Assembly (NCBI GenBank): GCA_951406725.2
Contig: OX597815.1
Coordinates: forward strand, 64,542,001-64,606,000
Length of the DNA stretch: 64,000 nt
From: Octopus vulgaris
Taxonomy: Eukaryota
Direction: 5' to 3'
Position numbers and translations under genes: made by a program. Below the pieces are notes generated by a model. The model made no database searches. It was not told where the DNA came from and saw nothing but the letters and a program-made list of their open reading frames with translations. Position 1 is the stretch's first letter. Every line of letters begins with the position of its first letter. Below are positions 44,001 to 57,300 of this stretch, piece by piece.

Positions 44001-45890
44001 TATTTATGAAATTACAAATGCATTATAAAAGTGATCTTGTAAGTTCAAATTTATGATTTGTCACTTAATAATGATGAGGTGATACGTTTGTATTTTATTC
44101 CCTATATAGATTCTGAAAGACTTGCATATTTCAGTTTATGATTACAAAATGAGCGTTTATGTTTTGATAGTTTGGATTTAAGAGTTCATATACATTTCAA
44201 AAGAAATGTTGAATGATTTAAAACATGACTGGAAAATGAATATTTAGAGAAGGTATGTTGTATTTCATATGCGAAATATATCCCGAAAGAGGCGATATTG
44301 AGTATTTAATTTCTGCTTAGGAAATGAAATATTTTGCGATATATATTCCGTAGTCGATGCTGAGTGTTGTAAATTTTGATTAATAAATGTACGGTGCCAT
44401 GAGGATACATTTTGATTTAAGATACCATGTATATACCGAAAGAAATATTGACTGTTTTCATTTACGATCAGAAAATGAAGTCATGATACATTTTGCTTTG
44501 AGACAACATATACATATTAAAATAGATGTTGCATATTTTCTTTGTGATTAGAAAATGAATGTATACGCATTTTGGATTTACGTGTTTACGTGTTTTGGAT
44601 TTAAACTTTTATACATATTCTGAGAAAAGATTTCCTATGATATAATTTATGAGACGAAAATTAATGTTGAATGTCATGCTGTTCTAATTAAGAATCCATA
44701 TATGTCCCATAGTGATGTACAGTGATTTAATTTATGATTACAAAATGAATAGCTATGTGGTGATGCATTTGTATTTCAGACTCCATATGTATTGCAAAAG
44801 TGATGTTGAGTGATTTATTTCATGCTTAGAATGTGAATGCGTTTTTTTCTGATGATTCATTGAACATGCATGTCTATCTATCCTAAAAAGGAAGATGTTC
44901 AGCGTTTTCATTTATGATCAGAAGTTGAATATTTATTTGATAATAACTTTGCATTTAATATTGCGTATATATTCCCGAATGCAATGTCTTGTATTTACGA
45001 TTAGAAAGTGAATATCCTGCAATGATACCTTTGAATTTCAAACTCCATATATATTCCGAAATACTTGTTCGATGTTTTTACATTCTGAAAGAGATGTTGA
45101 GTGTTTTAATTTATCATTATAAAATTAATAAGTATGCGGTGTTACATTTTTATTTAAGACATCATAATATTATGAAAGAAATGTAAGATATTTTAATTTA
45201 GAAAATGAATCTTTATATGCTGATATTTTTGGATTTAATTTACATTTATATTTCGAAAGCAATGTTGAGATTTTTAAGGATCTAAAAATTGTATGGTTAT
45301 ATGATGATATTTTGTATTTATGATTCCAAAAATATTCCAACCGACACATTGACTTATAATTAAAGAATAAATTATTTTGTGATAATATATTGAATCTAAG
45401 TGCCCACATATATTCAGAATGTGATGTTGTGTATTTTCATTTAGTATAAGGAAATGAATATCTTTGTCATGATACCTATGGAATTAATATACCATGTATA
45501 TTCCGAAGCAATGTTAAGTGTTTTAATCTATGAGTATAAAGTGAACCTTTATATGATGATACATGTGGAATTCAGTTTCCAAAATAATGCTGAGCGTTTT
45601 AATTCATTTGGAATAAGTGCTTTGTCATAATAATTTTTGATTTAAGGTTCCATATATATTCCGAAACTGCCGTCGCATTTACATTTACGATTCGATAATG
45701 AATCTTTATGCGTGATGATAGCTTTGAATTTAAGATTCCATATATTTTACCCAAGAGATGTTGGCTTTTTTATTTTGATTGGAAAATTAATATTTATATG
45801 ATGATACCTTTGGATTATTTCTATTCCATATATATTCCGAATGTGATAAAGCATTTTAATTTATAATTAGAAAATTAATGTCTATGTGAC
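41040..45890. repeat. Diverged satellite, ~87-88 bp monomer, roughly 45-50 copies
   Basis: By-eye consensus CCATATATATTCCGAAAGAGATGTTGAGTGTTTTAATTTATGATTAGAAAATGAATGTTTATATGATGATACATTTGGATTTAAGATT. Anchors e.g. 42838/42926/43012, 44696/44783 and 45650/45738/45826. One more unit at ~47800-47882. Confidence 0.88.
41355..41830 (+). mobile_element. RTE-clade LINE 3' remnant within the satellite
   Basis: VYNAVVISTLLYGSKFWT...LERFHQQKLRSILDIKWEHHVTNNNVLERA...HVAKME..FPRQVLFSEL. Confidence 0.85.
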
Positions 45891-46078
45891 TGTGTGGTTA
45901 GAAGCTTGCTTCCTAACCACAATGTTCTGGTTTCAGTCCCACTGCATGACACCTTGAGCAACTGTCTTCTATTATAGTCTTGAGCCAACCAAATCCTTGT
46001 GAGTGGAATAGGTAGACGGAAACTGAGAGAATCCTGATGTATTTATATATATGTATATATATATACACACATACATAT

Positions 46079-46155
<77 letters not shown>

Positions 46156-46157
<2 letters not shown>

Positions 46158-47425
46158 AGGATTGGAGAAAATAATGGAAACACCTAGCATCATAGTATCA
46201 TAATTTTGAAATATCTATCAAACCATCAAAAGCTTATTTATTTTTTTATTATTCTTTTTAGTGTTGCTTAATACGTTTTGCTAAAATTGGTGTTTCTTTT
46301 CAGATAACATAAGAAAAAGGTCATTAAAATTCATTAAAATGACAGATCTATCGGACTTTCAAAGAGGTCAAATTGTTGGTGCTCGTATAGCATGCGCTAG
46401 CGCAACGAAAACAGCCGAAATGTTTGGTGTATCAAGAAGTACTGTCTCGAAAGTAATGACAGCCTTTGAAAAAGAGGGAAAAACCTCCTCATCGAAACAA
46501 AACTCTGGAAGAAAACCAAAACTTTCAGATAGGGACCGTCGGATTCTTACGCGAATTGTTAGAAGGGATCAGAAATGTTCATCTCCCAAAATTACTGCAG
46601 AGCTTAATGACCACCTCGAGAACCCAGTTTCCACAAAAACTGTTCGACGTAAGCTGCACAAAGCCGGATTTCACGGGAGGGCTGCTATCAGAAAACCACT
46701 ACTTTCAAAAACAAACGTTACATAGCGTTTAGAGTGGAGTGAAAACCTACAGAATTGGTCTCTAGAGCAGTGGAAGAATGTTATTTTCTCGGACGAGTCA
46801 TCCTTTACCATATTTCCAACCCCGGCTGAAGATACGTGTGTAGACAGCGAAAAGAAGCATTTGATCCAGACTGCCTTCTCCAAACAATCAAACATGGAGG
46901 GGGATCTGTGATCATCTGTGGGGGAGGGGCTATATCTTGGAAATTCGCCGGCCCTATGGTTTTTCCTCATAGCAGAATTAATAGCCAAGACTATTTAAGC
47001 ATTTTATCTTATTGAGTTCATCCTATGGTTGCGGAACTGTTTCTGGAAGGAAACGCAATCTTTCAGGATGATAATGCACCAATTCACACAGCTTAAGTCG
47101 TAACTGAATGGCACGAGAAACATTCTAGTGAAGATGGACATCTTATCTGGTCACCACAGTCTTTAGATCCCAATATTATTGAACATTTATGGTGCATTTT
47201 AGAAAAACAAGTGAGGAGTCGATATCCCCCATCATCATCTCTATAAGAACTGGAGGCTGTTTTAGCTGAAGAATGGACAAAAACTCCTTTGGAAACAATT
47301 CAAACTTTGTACCAGTCCATACCCCGTAGAATTCAAGCTGTAACTACTACCAAAGGCGGTCCTACCCATATCAAAATAAATTAGTTTGAAATCTTAAGGT
47401 GTTTCCAGTATTTTTCCAACCCCTG
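46156..47425 (+). mobile_element. Full-length decayed Tc1-like transposon with DD36E spacing
   Basis: TIRs CAAGGATTGGAGAAAATAATGGAAACACCT / AGGTGTTTCCAGTATTTTTCCAACCCCTG with TA flanks. ORF from 46339 (MTDLSDFQRGQIVGAR, SGRKPKL, FSDES, FQDDNAPIH, SLDPNIIEHLW) has stops and frameshifts. Confidence 0.95.
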
Positions 47426-47492
<67 letters not shown>

Positions 47493-47497
<5 letters not shown>

Positions 47498-47647
47498 GAA
47501 TTCTCAACAAAAAAAAATGACGAAGACGGGTGGTGTAGACAACAAACAGATGTATTAGTTTAACATTTCGAGCCTACGCTTTTCCAAAGAAAGGAACACA
47601 GAAACAAATAATGATAGAAAATAAAGAATGTGTAGTGGCTAGCGATC
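47493..47647 (-). mobile_element. Solo pLTR fragment of the 23721-25422 PLE family
   Basis: Reverse complement matches 25242-25420, including AGC-GTAG-GCTC GAAA. Confidence 0.85.
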
Positions 47648-48028
47648 AAACGTATACGTATCTATGTGTGTCTTTGTGTCTGTATTTGTCCTCCCAGCGC
47701 TTTAAAAAATCAACTACTAGGAATGATTTATTCGGCGAAAAATTTAAGTCGGTGCCCCAGCATGGCCGCATTCTAATGACTGAAACAAGTAAAAGATAAG
47801 ATACTTTGGGATTTAAGATTCCATAAATATTCCCAAGCGATTTTGAGTGTTTTAATTTAATATTAGAAAATGAATGATTGTGTGTGAGAGAGTGTGTGTG
47901 CGTGCGTGCGTGCGTACATATATATATATGCATGTATATATGCATATATATGCACATATATATATATATGTATATATATATGTATGCATATATATATATA
48001 CATATATGTAAATGTGTGGGTGGGTGTG

Positions 48029-48090
<62 letters not shown>

Positions 48091-48688
48091 GTATGTATAT
48101 ATGTATAGGTATTAACATGCATGCATGCTACGAGTTTGTCTTTTATATATAGATATCCCTAAGCAGTCATCTGTTTTGGATTTAAACTGTGATACAAAAT
48201 CTAAACAGTTACCGCACCATTCCAATCTTTCTGGTTACTTTTGATTTAATTTCTTACAATGTAGATTCTGAGTGTAGCAGACTTCTGTCTGATATTTTGT
48301 GGTTGTTAATCAGTACTTGATGCACTGCATTTTGGAAGATAATCTGGTACAATTTGATTTTATCTTTTCTCTTGTGCTTATAGTCCAGTTCTGTCAGGTA
48401 TATATGCAAGGCCTGTTTTTCTTTGAAAGAGTGAAATAGAGAGAAGTGAGAAAAAAGACTGTTTTACTATTGCCTCTATATCTCCATTGGCCCACTATTT
48501 CTAGTCTCTCTTTTTCTCTCAATCTTTCTATCTTTATCTTTCTCTATTTACCTTTCACAACACCCACATCTCTTCCGACGCTTCCACTAACACCATTGCC
48601 ATAACTACCAACTATTTATTTCTAACTTTGAGATACTTCTTTCGTTGTTGCACAAAATGTTGATAGAAACGTATTATGGTATATAATA

Positions 48689-48846
48689 GGCGTAGGAGTG
48701 GCTGTGTGGTAAGTAGCTTGCTTACCAGCCACATGGTTCCCGGTTCAGTCCCACTGCGTGGTACTTTGTCCAAGTGTTCTCTACTATGGTCTCGGGCCAA
48801 CTAGAGCCTTCTGAGTGGATTTGGTAGACGGAAACTGAAAAAAGCC

Positions 48847-48907
<61 letters not shown>

Positions 48908-49168
48908 CATGCATGTATGTATGTATGTATGTATGTATGTATGTATGTATGTATGTATGTTTGTGTGACATTGTTTGTCCCCCCAGCATCGCTTGACAAC
49001 CGATGCTGGTGTGTTTTCGTCTCCGTAACTTAGCGGTCTGGCAAAAGAGACCGATAGAATAAGTACTAAGCTTACAAAGAATAAGTCCTTAGGTCGATTT
49101 GCTCTACTAAAGGTGGTGCTCCAGCATAGCTGCAGTCAAATGACCGAAACAAATAAAAGAATAAGAGA
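48689..49168 (+). mobile_element. SINE family 1, full length (tRNA-like head, CORE-like segment, internal microsatellite)
   Basis: A box TGGCTGTGTGG, B box GGTTCAGTCCC, CORE-like ACTTTGTCCAAGTG, internal (TA)n/(TATG)n and tail AAAAGAATAAGAG. Confidence 0.93.
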
Positions 49169-49589
49169 ATAAAGACTGTCTTCCAATATTCATATCTCTC
49201 TCTCCGCCGAAATTGCTGGCCTTGTGCCAATATTTGAAACCAATATACATGTATCTTTGTATTGTGTATGCATTAGACAAAAAACATCCTTGCTTAGATT
49301 CAGTATATTCAAATATTTGAAGATTTACGGTACACTTTTCAAAAAGCACACACTACGGAATTTACAATGCTCACACATACTAACGCAAACACGTCCTGAC
49401 AAGCAAACACATTACAAATATGTACATATTTTTGTATATATGTTTGCATAGCTAATGTATATTTGTAAAATCTTAAATTATTCCTTCTGTAGATAAGAAT
49501 GAAGAGGCATCAAGTGTAATTAAATTCTAAATTATATGTCTTCGGAAATAATAAACATGACGTTCACATCAATATTCACATCAATATGT

Positions 49590-50358
49590 TGCCATAGTGC
49601 CATAGTAACGAAGCTAAAGCAAGCGGAGCGAAATCATTTGGCAAAGATTGACCTTGAACCTTGCTGTGCATGCGCACTAAGTTTTAACGTTCTAGCTCAC
49701 TTACACTGTTTACAGCACTGCTTGGAAGGAAGATGTGTCGCGTGTGATCGTCGCATTGACCATGACAGAGAAAGTTGTCATGGCGATACCTGCTTAGAGG
49801 CCTACGCAAGTGTATGGAGAGGAGTGTATGAGCCACACACAAGTGTACAAGAGGTTCAGACATTTCCAAAATGGTCGAAAAAATATCGATAATGACGAAT
49901 GACCAGCAGAACTGAAAAAACATCGCATGTGCGTGCAGCTGTGAGGGGAAATCGTCGATTCAGAGGATGTGCAGACTAGTTCAGTTCATTATCACTGAAG
50001 ATTTCGATGTCAGACGCGTATCTGCCAACTTTGTGCCAAAACTGCTTTTAACTGACCAAAGAGTCACTCGGAATTCAGCTGCACAAGATTTTCTTGATTG
50101 TGTCGAGGCCTCTGAGCAGGTATCGCTAGGTTTTTGGCAAAATGTGATGCAGATCTCTCTGCTCAACCTTCTCTGTCATAGTCAATGCGATGATCCCTCA
50201 CTACAGCACTGCTGTAAACAGTGAAAGTGGGCTAGAACGTTAAAACTAAATGTGCAAGCACAACAGAGATCAAGGTCAATATTTACCAAGCGGCTTTACT
50301 CTGCGTGCTTTAGCTTCGTTATGACAACAGTCCGGATACTTATTGATCAGACTACGTA
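49590..50358. mobile_element. Non-autonomous mariner derivative with long inverted ends
   Basis: ~49600-49725 mirrors ~50200-50325. Right terminus CCGGATACTTATTGATCAGACTACG-TA. Internal HTH remnants (FQNGRKNIDND, IITEDFDVRRVSANFVPKLL). Confidence 0.8.
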
Positions 50359-50655
50359 TATGCATGTGTGTGTGTATATATGTATGCGTGTATGTATATA
50401 TATATGTGCACACACACATACATACATATATATGTATATATATATATATACATGCACACATACATATACATACGTACACAAACTCACATTCACACACACA
50501 CACTAGTAAGTACCTAGGTGCAAAGCAAGGTGGGAAAATAGTACTCGACAACCAAAGTTAGAATGAAATGTTTCTCAGAGTTTCACGTAATCGTTCATAA
50601 GAGGACTATGATATGATCACAATTGCCTGATGAACTGTTAAGTGAAGCTCTGATT

Positions 50656-50743
<88 letters not shown>

Positions 50744-51478
50744 TGTACGTGTGCGAGTGTGTGTATGTGTGTGTGCGTGTGCGTTTATTAATTCGTCTTG
50801 TGAATATAAATATATGGATGAATATATGCATGTTTTAAGTATGAAAACTTCTGAAACTGTCATCGAATAAGTTTCATCTGCAGTTACTTGGAATACTCTA
50901 TCTGAGAGCAACAATGGGCTGCAGCCTTAGCTTCAAAAAAATAAATCTCTATTATTCAGTATTCTTCGAATAGGTATGCATACGCATGCGCACACAGCAC
51001 AACAAACACAGACATACTCATATATGTAGCGTGTGTGCGTATGTGCATCTGCATGTCCGTACGTAAGCATGTGTATGTGTGTGTGTGTGTATGAATGTGT
51101 ATAAGTAAAACACAAACTCTTGTGAGAATCTATATACCAATAACAAAATAATATAAACACACAGATAAATATAGATTGATTGATAAATAGACGGACAGGC
51201 AGACAGACGGATATACAGAGTACCTGAAAGTATACTGTCATCTCAATCCTTTAACATGTTCAACAAATGGTAACACTTCATATTCGTATGTGTATATACA
51301 CACATACTCACACACTCACGTATATATCACAAAATTTGACGTATTTGATGTATGTGTAATAGTCAATGGAGGTGTACAACGTGTAAAATATACAATATCG
51401 TGAAGTATATAATGCCTGATATATATATATACATACATGCATGCATACATACATGTATACATGCGTGTGTGTGCATGC

Positions 51479-51599
<121 letters not shown>

Positions 51600-52533
51600 T
51601 ATATTTATACATACACATTTATGTGTGTGTGATTGTATGTGTGAGAGAGAGATACACACACACGTGTATGTATGTGTGCATGTTTGGAAGGATGTAGAAT
51701 AAAACTTTAAGTAACACTTGACTTGTCTGACACTCAACACGAATGCTATTCAACGAACATAGCACTTTGTAACAAGTATCGTCTTTCAGATTTAAACAAT
51801 TTTCTTTCTCTTTTGTTATTGATTTTTGTTGGTGTTTTTTCTTTGTTTTTGTGGGGGTTTTTTGTGCTTTATTTTTCCCCCCATTTATTCCCATTCACGC
51901 AATGTCGTGGACCTGAAAGCTAAAATTGTATATTTAAAGAGTGTTTTCAGTTTTGTTCTGATTAACAAATCAGTCGAAATCCTTTTTCTTTCTTTTTTTA
52001 ATACCTACCTTTACTTCACGATCTTTCTCATTTGTTTAAGAGCTAGACACTTTGTACGTTAGATTTAGAGGTGGTTACGGTTTATGTTTAATACTCGTAA
52101 TTTTCAAATGTATTTTACATATTCAATATTTCCTGCCTTAAAATAACTTACACTTATTTTATTCACTGATATCGATGTCATCACTGAATTTGCATATCAA
52201 TATTGATATTCTGCTTTGTCAACTCTTCTGTTACCAAAATCGACATTCTGTATTAGTTACACTTCGCTGTTAGGTGACGTCATTATAAACTATCGTAGTG
52301 TCAGTGTCCTTATTTTTTAAATACTTTAAACTGCTTGAGAAAATTTAAACTGTTTTTCATCTAATAGTTCCTCTTAGTTTAATAAGAATGTCCAATTGCT
52401 ATATAAAAATACTTAAATACTGTACTGAAGTACAGTTGTTGATAGAACATATCCCGCATAGATCACTAAGCTCAAAAACTCAAGAGGCCGCCGATTACTT
52501 GACGAAACTGTACTGTTTCCTCTGCTACGTGGT

Positions 52534-52609
<76 letters not shown>

Positions 52610-53374
52610 TAAGGAAAAAATTTTTTTAAAAATGCAGAATGCTCAAATGAAAGAAAATTTTAATAAAATGAGAAAATGATAAAATATATAAATGTATATT
52701 TATTCAACCGGTTTTCGTCATTGTATGACTTGTCAAGAATATTTATGTTTTAAGAAGTTTTTTTAAAAATTAGAAAGGGGAAAAAAAGAAAATTGCATTG
52801 TTTTTTGTAAAAGAATAATGATAAAAATGTACAAAAATTAAAAAATAAGTTCTCCGATACATTGTGAGTTCGTTGTGTATCTTGCGTTTTATGGTTGTTT
52901 ACGAAAAAATTACCTTGAGGTGTTAAGATCCAAAGGGATTAAGAGCATGTGTTGTGTTGTGTTGTTAAATTCAGCATGTTTGCAGGACAGGAAGTAGTAG
53001 TAATTGTGGTCCTGGTTCTTCAGTTCCTGTGTTGTGAGTAAGGGGAGACAACTCTTTTGAGTTCTTCAATAAAACCCAAATTATAAAACTATCATTTTAG
53101 CTTCATTTGCATTATCTTTTTTATATAATTGCTTGTTAACTTAACTTTCAGATTTTAACACTTTATTTACATTATTTTCTAATAATATAAATCTGCATAG
53201 ACAATTGCATTTCAAATTGTCATATCATTTATAATAAAAATGATAGTAATAACAACAATAGTAAAAATGATATTTAAAGAATATAAGTTTTAGCTTGAAG
53301 TGATGAATGCATGGTATCTTTATATATTTGTGTTAGTCCATCCATGAAAAGTGAGGTAGAGAAAGGAAGTTTGA

Positions 53375-53898
53375 TCAACGAGGAGTTTGCATATTAAGTT
53401 GTGTTTGGAATTTTTCAATAAAGAGATTCTCCTTGTTAATTCTCTCCTGTGTGGTGATCCCGTCTTTACATTGGTAGAAGGGGAATATATAGAATTTGGG
53501 GTTTAAGTCTTTAGCACATGAGTCTAAGTGGTCACTCAGTGGAATTTGTCGGTATTCCGGGAGATTTATTTGTTCTTTATGCACCGTTACTCGTTTACGT
53601 AACGGGAGACTCGTTTGTCCAACATAATTATGTTGGCAACCAGCGCATGTGAGAACGTAGATAAGGTTCTCGGAGGAACAGGAGAAGTTAGTCTTGATTT
53701 TAAACTTCGTACCTTGTTTGAAGGTAAATTCAGAGCCTTCAAGTAGAAAGGGGCAGGTACCACAGTTTGAGCGTGCACATTTTTTTACTGTTGGGGGTGG
53801 ATGTGGTGTGTGAAGTTTGGCATTTGTCAAGAGTTTTTTTTAAGATTTGTGTTGCCTTTTGCATTTGAGGATTTTGTGTGTATTTATAATGTTTTTCA
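53375..53898 (-). CDS. PLE Cys linker + GIY-YIG endonuclease (5'-truncated)
   Basis: CARSNCGTCPFL, CSSENLIYVLTCAGCQHNYVGQTSLPLRKRVTVH...PLSDHLDSC...FPFY. Homologous to 6227-6740. Confidence 0.92.
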
Positions 53899-54360
53899 TG
53901 TCTATGCAGATTTATATTATTAGAAAATAATGTAAATAAAGTGTTAAAATCTGAAAGTTAAGTTAACAAGCAATTATATAAAAAAGATAATGCAAATGAA
54001 GCTAAAATGATAGTTTTATAATTTGGGTTTTATTGAAGAACTCAAAAGAGTTGTCTCCCCTTACTCACAACACAGGAACTGAAGAACCAGGACCACAATT
54101 ACTACTACTTCCTGTCCTGCAAACATGCTGAATTTAACAACACAACACAACACATGCTCTTAATCCCTTTGGATCTTAACACCTCAAGGTAATTTTTTCG
54201 TAAACAACCATAAAACGCAAGATACACAACGAACTCACAATGTATCGGAGAACTTATTTTTTAATTTTTGTACATTTTTATCATTATTCTTTTACAAAAA
54301 ACAATGCAATTTTCTTTTTTTCCCCTTTCTAATTTTTAAAAAAACTTCTTAAAACATAAA

Positions 54361-54401
54361 TATTCTTGACAAGTCATACAATGACGAAAACCGGTTGAAT
54401 A
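54361..54401 (+). ncRNA. Minimal hammerhead ribozyme, U3-A8 variant (mirror copy 52701-52741 on minus)
   Basis: TATTC TTGACAA GTCA-TACAA-TGAC GAAA ACCGGTT GAATA. Stems I and II are perfect, and the stem/loop III is the palindrome AACCGGTT. Confidence 0.78.
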
Positions 54402-54539
54402 AATATACATTTATATATTTTATCATTTTATCATTTTATTAAAATTTTCTTTCATTTGAGCATTCTGCATTTTTTTAAAAAGTTTTTCCTTACTTATCAT
54501 TTCTCCACGTGCGGTCAACACAACCCCACCATTTATTGA

Positions 54540-54583
<44 letters not shown>

Positions 54584-57262
54584 TCCGATGTCGCTGTATT
54601 ATCAATTTGTTCATATAATCGGAAGAAACCTCACCAAATATTTTCCCCTGAAGGGGAAATATTTCCGATATTGGTCTCGGGCGTCTGACGAATACGCATA
54701 TATGCGCTTAGGAAACTTTGAGAAATGTTGGTCTGAGTCAACTTGTTGAATTCTTACAACTCCAACTATATGAATGTTTCCTTCTGCTTGATTTTACACA
54801 TATATATACACACATATAGATAAATGGATAGATAGATACATATATACATACATAAGTGTGCGTGTGTGTGTGTGTTGTAGAAAAATTACTCATTGCAATT
54901 TTTAGTTGTACTCAGGCGGTTGCCACCTCCTTCTTAAAAAATTATTTAATCAGATGATGGAGCAGTTTCCATGCCCTTTCCAAATTCTTTAATAATGGGG
55001 AAATTCTTGGCGCTTTTCCTCAACTAATGCTTATTTACTCCTGTCTGGGAAAATATAGTGAGTGAAATGAATTCCAGCTTTCGCCAGTTCTAGTTGGTGA
55101 GTGTGATTCGAAAGGGGTCTAGTGCAGTGCTTAGGTGTGAGAAAGAAAGAGAGAGAGGAGGAGAGACAGACAGACAGAATGCGAGAAGTGACACACGTGT
55201 TGCGTTGACTTAGATGATATCAATACGAAGTTTTGTGGTATAAGTAAGAGAAATAGTTATAGAAGCTGTAAGAAATACAAAAAAAAAATGGTTCTTTGAA
55301 GCAGAGGTTGCAGTAGGTTTGTGTGAATATTTAGCAATCAGCTGAATAAGTTTCTTTTCGACGTGTCTACGCTATTTACTATTTACGTGAGTAGCATAGA
55401 AATTTCTGAGATAAGTGGCTTACACTTGAGATTTGTAGAAAGTCAACAAATAATCAGGGCACGAGTATTTTCTAGTCCTAAAGATGAAGCATACACACAT
55501 ATGTTTATATATATATGTGTATGTACATATATGTTTATATGTACATATATGTATATACGTATATATATGCACTTTCATATATATTTATGTAAGTGTATGT
55601 ATGCATCCGATCTCTCTCTATATATATGTACTCCCATAACATGAATTTATAGATCGTTAACGTATATTCCAGTGTTTACATATATCTGTGTGACTGTTTG
55701 TCTGTGCAGTTGACTATATCGTTAGGTTTAAGCAAACACTGAACGATGATAAATCATTAGTATTTTTATGATATATTTTGTTTTGTTACTTTATGTAACA
55801 TATTTGGTTTGTAAGACGTTGTTGCTCCTGCGAAGGAAACAAGTTTTAAACTCGACGCTTACAATCATAATAGATTGTGAGCCACCGAAGGAGTCAATCG
55901 CCCCACTAGAAATAGCAGTAAAATATTCCTCATATATTATGCTATTGTATTAAAACAAGTCCACATTAGATAAAGTGTTAGGAGGGGAAAAAAGCGGTAT
56001 ATTTACAGCTGCATCACTTTTAATGATAGATTTACTGGTTCAAGGCCGAGCATAGGCTAAACAATAACAGCAATAAAGTCTGGTTATTACAAACTTGAGG
56101 TTGCATGAGATACTTACTGGTATAATAATTTATATAACAAGTCGTTCATCTTTGGTTGTTAATGTAAAAACATATTAAACTGATCATGCACGCTGGGTGG
56201 ACTAGACTTCATGTGAGATACAAATTTAAACAATTTTCTACCAACAAGTGATAATGAGAACTGACGAAAAACTCCGATCAATGACACTGCGAGATACGTA
56301 TTTGGTATTGTGTCCATTGATGACGAGTATGGGAGACGAGATGAGAAATCAAAATTCCGCTTCAAAATCAAATCGAAGTGCTCAACCATTTCCATGATCT
56401 CAGTACTCATTCAATGCTGTCCAGTACGGTCACAAACAATTCCTTGAAACTTGTCATTACAAATTCTTCGTAGCCGATCCTATAGATTATTGTGATATCT
56501 AGGGAGCGTTTCATGAGTATGCTTTCTCATATCTTCTAATTTCTTTCTTTTCCTCCTTATAAACTGATTCAGCCTTTTTTATTTCTGCCCGAGAGCTGCG
56601 TGCAATGCAAGAGGTCATGTGTATAATTCTATACTTTACAAGGTGAGTAACGTACTCACTGCAAGAAAATATACGGAGCTTATGCAGAATACCTTTTAAG
56701 TTAGATACATCCACAATGTACATTAATTTCGGTTAAGAAATAGAATTAATTCTTCCTCTTTCTCTCTCTGTTCATTCTGAATATATTCGAAAATTAAATG
56801 ACAGTAGAACTGAAAAACTCACAAAACATAGTGGCCGTGTCTCTTGCCTCTTTAGTAGAGGTAAATGGCTGCATGTATGTATTAGATTTTGATTTGAAAT
56901 CTGGAAACATTGTATAGGCAGCTATAACTCACCTTAACACAAATAACACTGAATTTTTACTTAATAGCAACGGTATATTCTTAGCTGTATCGCTGAATAC
57001 ATTTATGATGTAGAGTGGGTTGAACCATGTTATGTTTCGGTGCCAGAGTCTAATTCTTTATAGAGGACGCTAACAGGCTACCATTTGCACACTAGCATAA
57101 TTTCTTAATAGTGGGTCGTAGTAACGGGAGCAGAATCACAGAAAATAACATGGTCAAGGCGAGAATTCACTTCCTCGTGCCATCTACAAATCGTTGGGGA
57201 TGGTACGATTTATTGCGTCTGTATATTGTGTACTGATATAAATGTTGGGGTGTATATTTGTG

Positions 57263-57300
<38 letters not shown>

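Larger units (their letters stand above)
45888..47800 (+). mobile_element. SINE family 1 split by nested insertions (head 45888-46037, tail 47663-47800)
   Basis: Head CTGTGTGGTTAGAAGCTTGCTTCC... and tail GGTGCCCCAGCATGGCCGC...TGACTGAAACAAGTAAAAGA. The satellite resumes after the tail. Confidence 0.8.
52605..54541. mobile_element. Young PLE 3' portion with ~600-bp inverted pLTR copy, in (TA)n
   Basis: Arms 52605-53203 and 53899-54497 are nearly identical and enclose a GIY-YIG ORF. Confidence 0.93.

Noticed and set aside
41040-45890. C2H2 zinc-finger array (84-bp period) or CRISPR-like array
   Set aside because: The period is ~87-88 bp, there is no CxxC...HxxxH/TGEKP, and the whole unit diverges rather than showing constant repeats with unique spacers. 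The context is eukaryotic with no cas genes.
48689-48755. tRNA gene
   Set aside because: A/B boxes are present but continue into a multi-copy SINE body, and no full cloverleaf is evident.
54680-54725. HHR-like CTGACGA...CGCATATATGCG...GAAAC
   Set aside because: No stem I or valid stem III/UH site could be formed.
54900-55100. Possible exon bounded by CTCAG and GTGAGT
   Set aside because: Stops in all three plus frames.
56100-56720. Possible LINE remnant on the minus strand
   Set aside because: Protein-like composition but no motif I could assign.
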